Assembly: GCA_900538465.1 (NCBI GenBank)
Contig: UPXV01000008.1
Coordinates: 1,436-65,435 of the forward strand
Source of the DNA: an uncultured Erysipelotrichaceae bacterium
GTDB taxonomy: Bacteria; Bacillota_I; Bacilli_A; Erysipelotrichales; Coprobacillaceae
Direction of reading: 5' to 3'
DNA length: 64,000 nucleotides
The position numbers and the translations under genes were made by a program. This document shows, piece by piece, positions 38,236 to 47,949 of the stretch. Position 1 is the stretch's first letter. The number at the start of each line of letters is the position of its first letter. A model generated the notes under the pieces. That model worked only from the letters and a program-made list of their open reading frames with translations, was not told where the DNA came from and made no database searches.

Positions 38236-39575
38236 TAGAGGGCATTGATATGTTTTTTGATTTTATTGAAAAGAATTGTTGATGTTAATGCTGAAGAAAT
38301 TTCAGCAATTGGGAAACATAACCAAATCAAATCAATATTACCAAATAATGAGAGAACATATGCACATGGTAATAATACAAATAATTGACGAATTAAAGAT
38401 GTCAATAAACTATATGTACCTTTTCCAACTGCTTGGAATAATGCACTGCATACAATTGAATATCCTGCAAAGATAAAGTGAATAGCAATAATTCTTAAAG
38501 CAGGTGTTCCAATTTGAATCATTGCCTCAGATGCATTAAAGAGACCAAGTAAAACTTGAGGAACAGATTCAAAAACAATAACTCCAACGATCATCATTCC
38601 AGTCGCATAAATCATTGCAAGTTTAATTGTATCGAACATTCTTTCTTTTTGTTTTGCACCTAAATTGTAAGCAATAATTGGAATCATACCATTGTTTAAT
38701 CCGAAGACTGGCATGAAGACAAAACTTTGTAATTTGAAATAGACACCAAAGACAGCAGTTGCTGTTGTAGAGAAAGCAATTAAGATTGTATTCATTCCAA
38801 ATGTCATAACACTTCCTATAGATTGCATAATGATGGAAGGAATACCAACAGAATAAATTTGTTTAATAATTTGAAAATTTGGTCGAAAACCTTTAAAAAT
38901 AAATTGAATATCATGATTAAATTTGAGATTAAAGAATAATGCAAGAAGACAAGCAATAATTTGTCCTGTAATGGTTGCTAAGGCAGCACCTGCAACACCC
39001 ATCTTTGGCATCCCAAACAATCCAAAAATAAAAATAGGGTCTAAAATAATATTAATAATGGCACCAAGTCCTTGTGTTACCATTGTAAATAATGTTCTTC
39101 CAGTTGCTTGTAACAGTCTTTCAAATAAGAACTGGCAAAATAGTCCAAAAGAACATCCTACAACAATCATCGCATATTGTGTTCCAGCAGTCACAATTTC
39201 TGTGTTGCTTGTTTGAACAGTGAAGAAAAGATGTGATAAAGTTAATCCACCAATCATAAAGATAAGTGCTGTAACTAAGAAAATAAAAATAGAATTTACA
39301 GCTGTTTGATCCACATGATCTTGATTTTTTTCACCTAAACTACGCGATAATAAAGCATTAACCCCGACTGCTGTTCCTCCTGCAAAAGCTATCATAAGAT
39401 TTTGCAGAGGGAAAGCAAGTGAAACGGCAGTTAATGCGTTTTCACTGATTTGTGCAACAAAGACACTATCAACAATGTTATACATTGCTTGTACTAACAT
39501 TGAAATAATCATTGGTAAGGACATGGAAATAAGAAGTTTATTGACGGGCATAGTGCCCATTTTATTTTCTTCCAC
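38235..39575 (-). CDS. MATE family efflux transporter
   Basis: 12-TM MATE pattern (...VFVAQISENALTAVSLAFPLQNLMIAFAGG...); likely GTG start with AAGGAG SD. Confidence 0.8.
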   Translation of the reverse strand: MEENKMGTMPVNKLLISMSLPMIISMLVQAMYNIVDSVFVAQISENALTAVSLAFPLQNLMIAFAGGTAVGVNALLSRSLGEKNQDHVDQTAVNSIFIFLVTALIFMIGGLTLSHLFFTVQTSNTEIVTAGTQYAMIVVGCSFGLFCQFLFERLLQATGRTLFTMVTQGLGAIINIILDPIFIFGLFGMPKMGVAGAALATITGQIIACLLALFFNLKFNHDIQFIFKGFRPNFQIIKQIYSVGIPSIIMQSIGSVMTFGMNTILIAFSTTATAVFGVYFKLQSFVFMPVFGLNNGMIPIIAYNLGAKQKERMFDTIKLAMIYATGMMIVGVIVFESVPQVLLGLFNASEAMIQIGTPALRIIAIHFIFAGYSIVCSALFQAVGKGTYSLLTSLIRQLFVLLPCAYVLSLFGNIDLIWLCFPIAEISSALTSTILFNKIKKHINAL

Positions 39576-40159
39576 TACTTTTCTCCTTGAAGATACAATT
39601 TGACAATGATATCAGCGACTTCTTCTAGTCCTAAATCACTGTTAATTGTTAAATCAAAATTCTTTAATTGACCCCATTTTTTAGTTGTATAGTAATTATA
39701 ATAATTACTTCTTCCTTTATCTTTTTTCATTACAAATTTTTTAAAATCATCATGTTCTTCTTTATAATCTTCTTGAACACGTCGCACTCTAGACTCAAAA
39801 GGTGCATGAATAAATACAGTTAAAACATCATCATAATCTTCTAGAATATAGTCAGCACATCCATTGACAATAATACATGAATCATGTTTTGCTAAATGAC
39901 GAATAATTTTTGATTGCATTGCAAACACTTGATCATTTAAAGGAAGTGTAAATGCAGTAGATGACATTGTGTACATAAAGCTAGATGTTTTTTCTTCAGA
40001 TGCTTTACGTATTGTGTCAACATCAATTCCAAGTTCTTTTGCAGCAAGATCAATCACTTCATTGTCATAGTAGACAAGACCTAATTTCTCTGCAACCATT
40101 TGAGCAATGATTCGCCCACCAGAACCATATTCTCTTGCAATAGTAATAATTTTAGGCAT
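39575..40159 (-). CDS. cytidylate kinase-like family protein
   Basis: MPKIITIAREYGSGGRIIAQMVAEKLGLVYYDNEVI P-loop-like NMP-kinase fold; AAGGAGG SD. Confidence 0.65.
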   Translation of the reverse strand: MPKIITIAREYGSGGRIIAQMVAEKLGLVYYDNEVIDLAAKELGIDVDTIRKASEEKTSSFMYTMSSTAFTLPLNDQVFAMQSKIIRHLAKHDSCIIVNGCADYILEDYDDVLTVFIHAPFESRVRRVQEDYKEEHDDFKKFVMKKDKGRSNYYNYYTTKKWGQLKNFDLTINSDLGLEEVADIIVKLYLQGEK

Positions 40160-40339
40160 AAATATAACCTCCTTTACAATTCTATTCTAACATATTTGAA
40201 AAGATGTTGGTATGTTTTTTAAATTTTGGAAAAGATGATATATTTCATATTGAAAAAGAAGAGTTTGATTTTTCTTATATAAAATATGTTGTTTTTCAAG
40301 GTTTGAATTTGTATAATAAGGTCGTAAAGGAGTCGAATT

Positions 40340-41086
40340 ATGGAATTTCATGTTTTAGCAAGTGGTTCAAAAGGAAACGCAACATTCGTTTATGAAGATG
40401 GATGTGGTATTTTAATAGATTGTGGTATTACAAGAAAACAATTATTGTTTAAATTAAATAATTTGGGCTTTAGTGAAGATGATATTAATTTTGTTTTTTT
40501 AACACATGATCACTATGATCATAATAAAAATATTCATATTTTTGATCAAGATAAAATCTATAGTGCAAAAAAGAATATAGAAAATTTAGATGATTATCAT
40601 ACTTTAAAACCATATGAACATCGTCAATTTGGGGTTTTTGATGTTTTTACATTAAAAACATCTCATGATGCAAGTGATCCTATTGGCTTTATTTTCTCAA
40701 CAGATGAAACATTATTATATATGACAGATACAGGTTATGTGTCTCAAAAGAATCGTCAATATATGCAAAATTTAAATTATTATATTATTGAAAGCAATCA
40801 TGATATTCAAATGTTGATGGATACCAAAAGACCAATGTTTTTAAAAAATCGTATTTTAAATGATGTAGGACATCTTAATAATGAATATAGTGCACGTTTA
40901 ATGTCTGAAATGATTGGAGAAAAAACACAAGAAATTGTATTGGCTCATTTATCACAAGAAGCCAATACAAAAGAAAAAGCATTGGAAACATATAATGAAA
41001 TTTTTGCTGAACAAAATATAAAATTTTCAAATATCAAAGTTGCGAGTCAAGTAGATGTGGTTTCAGGAGGAAAGTATGAAGATTAA
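40340..41086 (+). CDS. MBL-fold metallo-hydrolase (YycJ/WalJ-like)
   Basis: HxHxDH motif LTHDHYDHNK, N-terminal MEFHVLASGSKGNATFVYEDGCGILIDCG. Confidence 0.7.
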   Translation: MEFHVLASGSKGNATFVYEDGCGILIDCGITRKQLLFKLNNLGFSEDDINFVFLTHDHYDHNKNIHIFDQDKIYSAKKNIENLDDYHTLKPYEHRQFGVFDVFTLKTSHDASDPIGFIFSTDETLLYMTDTGYVSQKNRQYMQNLNYYIIESNHDIQMLMDTKRPMFLKNRILNDVGHLNNEYSARLMSEMIGEKTQEIVLAHLSQEANTKEKALETYNEIFAEQNIKFSNIKVASQVDVVSGGKYED

Positions 41087-41555
41087 GATCATTTGTGTTG
41101 GGAAATTAAAAGAAAAATATTTAGTTGATGGAATCCAAGAATATGTAAAAAGAATATCTGGCTATGCTGATATTGAGTTAATTGAAGTTGCAGATGAACG
41201 TATTCCTGATAAAGCATCTTTGGCTGAAGAAACAATTGTGAAAGCCAAAGAAGGAAGAAGAATTTTAGATAAAGTGAAACAAGATGATTACATGTTTTTA
41301 TTAGATGTAAGTGGACAATCATTAGATTCTCTTCAATTTGCAGACAAAATTGAAGATTGTATGATCAATGGAAAGAGCACAATTGATTTTGTGATTGGAG
41401 GTTCATTAGGTCATGGAGAAGAAGTTCTAGCACGAGCAAATCAGAGAATAAGTTTTTCTAAAATGACTTTTCCACATCAGTTAATGAGACTCATCTTAGT
41501 TGAACAAGTCTATCGTGCATTTAAAATTATAAGAAATGAAACATATCATAAGTAA
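41076..41555 (+). CDS. rlmH: 23S rRNA (pseudouridine1915-N3)-methyltransferase RlmH
   Basis: MKIKIICVGKLKEKYL...SPOUT fold, about 159 aa; GGAGG SD; overlaps MBL gene end. Confidence 0.85.
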   Translation: MKIKIICVGKLKEKYLVDGIQEYVKRISGYADIELIEVADERIPDKASLAEETIVKAKEGRRILDKVKQDDYMFLLDVSGQSLDSLQFADKIEDCMINGKSTIDFVIGGSLGHGEEVLARANQRISFSKMTFPHQLMRLILVEQVYRAFKIIRNETYHK

Positions 41556-41582
41556 AACAGACAAGTGTGAAAACTTGTCTGT

Positions 41583-42056
41583 TTAATTATTTCTAGAACA
41601 TTTCTCAGCATCAATGGCTAAAACAATCATTAATACATATAATGCATGTTTTTTATCAACAATATCTAAGACATAAGTATCAGTGAAATGAAGAACTTCT
41701 TTAGAAATTGTTGCAATAACAAGACCTTGTGATGTTATAATCTGATAATCCCATTCTAACCAATCTCCAGAGACTTTCCAGTCATTACAATCAAGATGAA
41801 ATACGGGTTTAAAAAAAGAAAATTCTTTATAAATACGACCAATATATTGATCATGAATATACATATTGAATTTTGGTAAAAAAGTGAAAACTTCTTCTTT
41901 AACAGTTCCAACATGTTGATTTGTTTGATCATAAATATTTAAACAATGTCCCCAACTTAACTGACCTTTTACAGTATAGAGGGGTTGTCCATCTTCGTTA
42001 TAAATATCATAACTATCAAACCAAGAAAATAATCGTTGTTTAAATAAAAGTTTCAT
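41583..42056 (-). CDS. LURP-one-related/YxjI-like (DUF567, tubby C-terminal-like) protein
   Basis: Size and hydrophobic-core pattern resemble PF04525 members; assignment by recollection. Confidence 0.45.
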   Translation of the reverse strand: MKLLFKQRLFSWFDSYDIYNEDGQPLYTVKGQLSWGHCLNIYDQTNQHVGTVKEEVFTFLPKFNMYIHDQYIGRIYKEFSFFKPVFHLDCNDWKVSGDWLEWDYQIITSQGLVIATISKEVLHFTDTYVLDIVDKKHALYVLMIVLAIDAEKCSRNN

Positions 42057-42121
42057 AAGGACACCTTCTTTCTTTTAAAATTATATCATAATCAAAAAGG
42101 CATCACAAATGATGCCTTAAA

Positions 42122-43495
42122 TTAATATAGACGTCTACAACTATACCATTCTCTTTGCCAATAACTTGTATTTAGATTAGCAACTTGAACAGGTTTTCCA
42201 GTTGTTGGTGCATGAACCATTTTATTGTCACCAATATAGATTCCAACATGGTGCACACCACTAGAAGAACCATTGCTGCTAAAGAGAATAATATCTCCTG
42301 CTTGTAATTGGCTTTTTGAAATACCTTTACCGGCACTGATCATTGAACCTGTATAATGAATTCTTCCTAAATCAACACCAGCTTGATAATGCGCCCAATT
42401 GACTAAACCAGAACAATCAAATTGTGTCCAATTAGGGTCTTTAATACTGCTCCAAGAATGAGCTCCACCCCAAACATACATATATCCTTGACGTGTTAAA
42501 GCAAGATTTGCAATCTTTAATCCTAATTCTTCATTTGATGATAAATTTTCAGAAGGAGTTGATTGATTGTTATCTTGAGGTGGTATGTTGTCTTGTGTTT
42601 GTGAATTATTTGATGGTTGATTGTTATCGGGTTTAGGTGTGTTTTGATTAGGTTTTGATGAATTGTTATTTTGAGTTGATTGTGAAGGCTTCTTATTAGG
42701 AGTTGCATGTGTAACATTAGAAACCTTAGATTCATCAGCAGCTTTTTGTAAAGCAGCTAGATTATTTTGGATAGCTTCCATTGATTCTTGATTTTTAGAT
42801 ATTTCATTTGAATTAGCTGTAATTGTTTTGTTTTGTTCTAAAAGTTTGGCTTGGAATTTCTTCTTTAATTCTGTTTGAGCAACTTTATCTTTTTCTAAAG
42901 AACTCTTGAGTGTATTTAAAGTCTCTTGTTGTTGTTTGACTTCATTTAAACTTTCATTTAATTGATGAACCAATTCTTTATCATATTCCATAATTTCATT
43001 AAAATTAATAATACGACCCATAAAATCAGAAAAGTCTTCAGCACCAAAAATATATGAAACATAAATATTTGAATTCATAACACCTTGCATATTATAAAGA
43101 CGATCAGCAAGTTTTTCATTTTTATCACGAATTTGTTGATTTAAATTATCAATGCTTTTTTGTACATATTTTATTTCTTTTTGAGCAACGCTTATTTTAT
43201 TTTCAACACTTGTGATTTTATCAGCGATTTCTTCAATTGTATTTTGTGATTCAACAGCATCCTTTTTAGCATCAGTCGCTTGTTGATTGAGTTTTTTATT
43301 TTTGTCTTTTAAATAAGTATTGAACTCTTTACAGGTTTTTTGTTGACTTTTAGAAAGCTTACTCGATGAGCAAAGTTTAATATATTTATCTTCTTGACCA
43401 TTAAAATCAGTCGCATTAACACTTTGATAGTGGAAAGAAAATGCAAAAATGAGACATGTTAATAGAAAAAATACAATCCATGGTTTCTTTTTCAT
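42122..43495 (-). CDS. secreted NlpC/P60 peptidoglycan endopeptidase with N-terminal coiled coil (CwlO/PcsB-like)
   Basis: Signal peptide MKKKPWIVFFLLTCLIFAFS, long coiled coil, Q/N/P/S-rich low-complexity linker, C-terminal NlpC/P60 (Cys in DCSGLVNWAHYQAG, His in HHVGIYIG); AAAGGAGG SD. Confidence 0.8.
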   Translation of the reverse strand: MKKKPWIVFFLLTCLIFAFSFHYQSVNATDFNGQEDKYIKLCSSSKLSKSQQKTCKEFNTYLKDKNKKLNQQATDAKKDAVESQNTIEEIADKITSVENKISVAQKEIKYVQKSIDNLNQQIRDKNEKLADRLYNMQGVMNSNIYVSYIFGAEDFSDFMGRIINFNEIMEYDKELVHQLNESLNEVKQQQETLNTLKSSLEKDKVAQTELKKKFQAKLLEQNKTITANSNEISKNQESMEAIQNNLAALQKAADESKVSNVTHATPNKKPSQSTQNNNSSKPNQNTPKPDNNQPSNNSQTQDNIPPQDNNQSTPSENLSSNEELGLKIANLALTRQGYMYVWGGAHSWSSIKDPNWTQFDCSGLVNWAHYQAGVDLGRIHYTGSMISAGKGISKSQLQAGDIILFSSNGSSSGVHHVGIYIGDNKMVHAPTTGKPVQVANLNTSYWQREWYSCRRLY

Positions 43496-43615
43496 AATAA
43501 TGTCCTCCTTTGACTTGAGATTATAATCAATTATCAATAAGTTTTGTTTTAAAGTCAAGTAAAACTAGGAAAAGTCTAAAAATAGTTTATAATGTAACTA
43601 GATAGGTGGGATATA

Positions 43616-43969
43616 ATGGGAAAAGAATTTATGAAAATCGGAATCGATTATAATGATTTATTATTGAGAATCAATAATAATGAAACAATTGCATTGAAGT
43701 TTCTCAAAAAATTTATTGAAGATCAAACAATGATGCTTATTAAAGAAGACTATAAAAGTCAAGATTATGAACAGCTTTTAAAAGATGTTCATAGTTTAAA
43801 AGGTATTTCTGCTAATTTAAGTATGAAAAAGCTTTTTACTATCACAAGCTGTTGGGTAAGTGATTTACGTGCTGAAAAATATCAAACAAGCGAAGAACTC
43901 TATCAACAATGTTTAGAAGAACATACAAAAATTATATTGGGATTAAAGAAGATTTTTAATGATGAATAA
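43616..43969 (+). CDS. Hpt (histidine phosphotransfer) domain protein
   Basis: Four-helix-bundle-sized 117 aa with phospho-His motif DVHSLKGISANLSM; overlaps downstream RR gene by 11 nt. Confidence 0.6.
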   Translation: MGKEFMKIGIDYNDLLLRINNNETIALKFLKKFIEDQTMMLIKEDYKSQDYEQLLKDVHSLKGISANLSMKKLFTITSCWVSDLRAEKYQTSEELYQQCLEEHTKIILGLKKIFNDE

Positions 43970-45032
43970 GAATATAATTTTAATTGTTGATGATATAGAG
44001 TTAAATCGTGATATTTTATGCATGGCTTTTGAAGAGAAATATGAAATTATGGAAGCTGAAAATGGAAAAGAAGCTTTAAAAATTATAAAAGAATATAAGG
44101 ATCGTCTTTTAGCTGTTTTGTTAGATATTATTATGCCTGAAATGGATGGGTTTGAAGTGATGATAGAAATGAATCGTTTGAAGCTTATGACATATATTCC
44201 AGTTTTTTTGATTACTTCAGAGACTGATCCTACTTATTTACAAAAAGGATTTGATTTAGGGGCTGTTGATGTGATTACAAAACCATTTGCTATATCTTTT
44301 ATTAAACGTCGTATTGAAAATATTATAGAACTGTATAAACATAGATTTTCTTTGCAACAAATTGTTAATCAACAAGTTCAACGTATTCAACGTCAAGAAC
44401 GTGAATTATATGCAGCTACACGTTCTATTATTGATACTTTATCGACGGCTATTGAATTTAGAGATTGTGAATCGGGTGATCATGTTTATCGTATGCGTAA
44501 TATTACATGTGCCTTATTAAATGAATTGGTTAAGAATAATGAATTTCAATTTACTTCACAACAAATTGAATTGATTGGAGATGCTGCAGTTATGCATGAT
44601 GTTGGTAAAATTTCAATTCCTGATCATATTTTAAATAAACCAGGACGACTCACATCAGAAGAATTTGAAATTATGAAACTTCATACAATTCGAGGATGTC
44701 AATTATTAGAAAATATTGAACAATTAAAAAATAGTGAACTTTATGAATATTGTTATGATATCTGTCGCCATCATCATGAACGTTATGATGGAAAAGGGTA
44801 TCCTGATGGTTTGGTTGGTGATCAGATTTCTATTTGGGCACAAATTGTTTCAATTGCTGATGTTTATGATGCTTTGGTTAGTCGACGTGTCTATAAACCA
44901 GCATATCGTTTTGAAGAATCTATGCGAATGATTAATGAAGGAGAGTGTGGAGTTTTTAATCCTTTGTTATTGAAGTATTTCAATCAAGTTGCTTATGATA
45001 TTTATTGTGAAAATTATGAAAATGTAGGATAG
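43959..45032 (+). CDS. response regulator with HD-GYP domain (c-di-GMP phosphodiesterase-type output)
   Basis: REC: LIVDDIE, LLDIIMPEMDG, ITKPF; HD-GYP: HDVGK...HHERYDGKGYPDGL. Confidence 0.85.
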   Translation: MMNKNIILIVDDIELNRDILCMAFEEKYEIMEAENGKEALKIIKEYKDRLLAVLLDIIMPEMDGFEVMIEMNRLKLMTYIPVFLITSETDPTYLQKGFDLGAVDVITKPFAISFIKRRIENIIELYKHRFSLQQIVNQQVQRIQRQERELYAATRSIIDTLSTAIEFRDCESGDHVYRMRNITCALLNELVKNNEFQFTSQQIELIGDAAVMHDVGKISIPDHILNKPGRLTSEEFEIMKLHTIRGCQLLENIEQLKNSELYEYCYDICRHHHERYDGKGYPDGLVGDQISIWAQIVSIADVYDALVSRRVYKPAYRFEESMRMINEGECGVFNPLLLKYFNQVAYDIYCENYENVG

Positions 45033-45036
45033 AAAG

Positions 45037-47949
45037 ATGAAAAAGAATAAAAAAATTGTTATTGCAATTATTGTTGGTTTTGTCTTTATTATTGGTGCAA
45101 TGGCATATACAATGCTAAATATCAAAGAGAAGATGGATAATAGTGCAATCAATTTAACACAAAATTTATTGGATAATATGTCATCTCAGATAGCAAGTTA
45201 TAGTGCTGCTGATGAAGAAATTATTCAAAAATATAGTTTACAGTTTAAAAATTTAAGTCAAAGTGAAATTCAAAAACAATTAGCAACTTTAGTTGAACAT
45301 CATGATTATTTGAATGCTATTTATTTAGATAATGGAAAAGGAATTGATGCCAAAGGACAAACAATCAATCAATCTCAATTGCCATATCAGAATTTTGAAA
45401 ATAATCAAAAAATTTTTTCACCAGCAATTAATGGTAAATATGGAGTTTGGGAAACTGTCTTTCAAATGCCTATAGAAGGAGGGGGAGAATTGTATGTTGA
45501 AATTCCTTTCTCTAAATATGCTAAAGGAAATGATTTGACATTTTATAATCAGGCTGGGTTTGCTTGTGTGATTGATGCAGATTCTAAAAAGATTGTTTTA
45601 ACATCGAAAACACCAAATGTGATTTGGAATTATATGCAAGATGCCAATGAACTTTTAGGTGAGGTTGGTTTTAGTGAAACTGAAATTCAAAATAACATTT
45701 ATGCTACTATTGATAATGATGAATCAATTGTTGTAAAAGGCAATGTTCAAGGAGAAACAGTTTATTTATCGTTAAGAACTGTGCAATCACATTCTGGCTG
45801 GTATTTATGTGGTGTCATTCCAGTTAGTGCTATTCAAAAAGAATCTAATTTGGTTTTAGGAATGTTGATGATTACTTTTGTATTAATGATTTTAAGTTTA
45901 GTCTTAGTGATAGCTTTGGTCTCATATGAAATCTATCAAAATATGAAAAAAGAAAAGAAACGTTATGAAAAGACTGAATTAGAAAATGCTATATATGATG
46001 CAATGGCTGAAGCAAGTGATTTGTTTATGTGCCTGTATGATAAAACAGAAAAACGATTAGAAAAAACATTTTGTAATAGTGAAGAGTTATTAGGTATAGA
46101 TAAATCATTGTTAATGAGTCATGTCGATGTCTTTGAAGAGTTATTAAATAACTTTGAAGATGGTTTGGCTAAAAAGGTAATAAATAAAGAAATCACTCAA
46201 ACATGTACATATGAAACACAACGCAAACACCCAGTCACTCATGAAAATCAATATTTACGTTTAATCATTAAAAATATTCATGTTGTGGGAAAAGAAAAAT
46301 ATATCTTCTTTATTGCTGATATTAGTCATGATATACAAATTCAAGAATCATTAAAAATGGCTGCTTTGGATGCAAAACAAGCCAATCAAGCCAAATCTGA
46401 TTTCTTATCAAAGATGAGTCATGAAATTCGTACACCGATGAATGCCATTATGGGAATGAGCGAAATTGCTTCGCATAATTTAAATAATCCTGATAAGTTA
46501 AAAAATTATTTGAAAAAGATTTCTCAATCATCAACTCATTTATTAAGTTTAATTAATGATATTTTAGATTTATCTAAGATTGAAAGTGGAAAAATGGCTT
46601 TGTATGAAGAAAAATTTGTTTTATCTGATTGTATCAGTGAAGTTTATAGCATTATTAATATGCAAGCCAAAGCTAAAAATCAAACTTTAAATATCCTTAC
46701 TCAAGATGTTGTTCATGATGCTTTATATGGAGATATGTTAAAGTTAAAACAAATTTTAATTAATCTCTTAAATAATGCTGTTAAATATACACCTCAAGAT
46801 GGTCATATTGAATTGAGTATTATTGAAAAAACACAGGTGAATAATAAATTATTAGCTTACGAGTTTTTAATTCAAGATGATGGAATTGGAATGAGTGATG
46901 AATTTTTAAAACGTATTGGTGAACCATTTGAACAGGAAAAAAATCAATTCTATGGAAAAGAAAATGGAACAGGATTAGGTTTATCAATTGTTAAAAATAT
47001 TATTTCTATTATGGGTGGAACAATTGATATTAAGAGTCACTTGAATCAAGGAACAACTATTCGTGTTCAGTTATCTTTTGGTGAAACTGAAAATGAAATA
47101 TATAAAGAGAAAGAAAAATTATCAGGCATGAAAGTTTTCTTGGTTGATGATGATCCAATGATTTTACAAGATGTCAGTGTTATTCTTAATGAATTTGAAA
47201 TTCAAGTGGATACATCTTTATTTGGGGTAGAGGCTTTTCATCAGATTGAGAATGCTTATCAACATAATCAACCTTATGATGTTATTATCATTGATTGGAA
47301 ATTACCTGATATTGATGGAATTCAGTTGACGCATTTGATTAGAGAAAAGATTGGTAAGGATATTCCAATTGTCTTTATTTCTGCTTATGATTATAGTGAA
47401 ATAGAAGAAGAGGCTTATCAAGAAGGTGTTAATGATTTTATTGAAAAACCATTATTTAAGTCTAGACTTTATACGGCATTGATTGAAATCTATGATGATG
47501 AGGAAAAAATGAAGTTCGATGAAGGTCTATTGAGTGGAAAGAATGTTTTGTTAGTTGAAGATAATGAATTGAATTTAGAAATTGCAAAAGAGTTATTAGA
47601 AATGAAAGAGGTCAATGTAAAAATAGCTTATAATGGAAAAGAAGCAGTTGATATATTCACAAGTTCACCAAAAGGAACTTATGATATTATATTAATGGAT
47701 ATTCAAATGCCAATTATGAATGGTCTTGAAGCGACACAAGCTATTCGTCAATCAAAACATGAAGATGCACAAAATATTCCTATTATTGCAATGAGTGCAA
47801 ATGCATTTGTTGATGATATTCAAAAATGTTTTGATATGGGAATGAATGCTCATATTAGTAAACCAATTAGTTTAGATAATTTAACAGAAACTATTATTTC
47901 AGTTTTAAGAAAAGGAGAAAGAAATCATGAAAATAAAAAACATCATTAA
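45037..47949 (+). CDS. hybrid sensor histidine kinase with extracytoplasmic sensor domain and two C-terminal receiver domains
   Basis: TM1, about 240-aa periplasmic domain, TM2, HisKA H-box LSKMSHEIRTPMNAIMGMSEI, HATPase (NLLNNAVKYT, GTGLGLSIVK), REC1 (VFLVDDD...IIIDWKLPDIDG), REC2 (VLLVEDN...ILMDIQMPIMNG...HISKP). Confidence 0.9.
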   Translation: MKKNKKIVIAIIVGFVFIIGAMAYTMLNIKEKMDNSAINLTQNLLDNMSSQIASYSAADEEIIQKYSLQFKNLSQSEIQKQLATLVEHHDYLNAIYLDNGKGIDAKGQTINQSQLPYQNFENNQKIFSPAINGKYGVWETVFQMPIEGGGELYVEIPFSKYAKGNDLTFYNQAGFACVIDADSKKIVLTSKTPNVIWNYMQDANELLGEVGFSETEIQNNIYATIDNDESIVVKGNVQGETVYLSLRTVQSHSGWYLCGVIPVSAIQKESNLVLGMLMITFVLMILSLVLVIALVSYEIYQNMKKEKKRYEKTELENAIYDAMAEASDLFMCLYDKTEKRLEKTFCNSEELLGIDKSLLMSHVDVFEELLNNFEDGLAKKVINKEITQTCTYETQRKHPVTHENQYLRLIIKNIHVVGKEKYIFFIADISHDIQIQESLKMAALDAKQANQAKSDFLSKMSHEIRTPMNAIMGMSEIASHNLNNPDKLKNYLKKISQSSTHLLSLINDILDLSKIESGKMALYEEKFVLSDCISEVYSIINMQAKAKNQTLNILTQDVVHDALYGDMLKLKQILINLLNNAVKYTPQDGHIELSIIEKTQVNNKLLAYEFLIQDDGIGMSDEFLKRIGEPFEQEKNQFYGKENGTGLGLSIVKNIISIMGGTIDIKSHLNQGTTIRVQLSFGETENEIYKEKEKLSGMKVFLVDDDPMILQDVSVILNEFEIQVDTSLFGVEAFHQIENAYQHNQPYDVIIIDWKLPDIDGIQLTHLIREKIGKDIPIVFISAYDYSEIEEEAYQEGVNDFIEKPLFKSRLYTALIEIYDDEEKMKFDEGLLSGKNVLLVEDNELNLEIAKELLEMKEVNVKIAYNGKEAVDIFTSSPKGTYDIILMDIQMPIMNGLEATQAIRQSKHEDAQNIPIIAMSANAFVDDIQKCFDMGMNAHISKPISLDNLTETIISVLRKGERNHENKKHH

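Noticed and set aside
38923-39216. 97-aa plus-strand ORF within MATE gene
   Set aside because: Antisense to a 12-TM transporter gene; typical mirror ORF of hydrophobic coding sequence
40204-40395. 63-aa plus-strand ORF upstream of and overlapping the MBL hydrolase start
   Set aside because: Different frame overlapping the real start, no SD, located in promoter region
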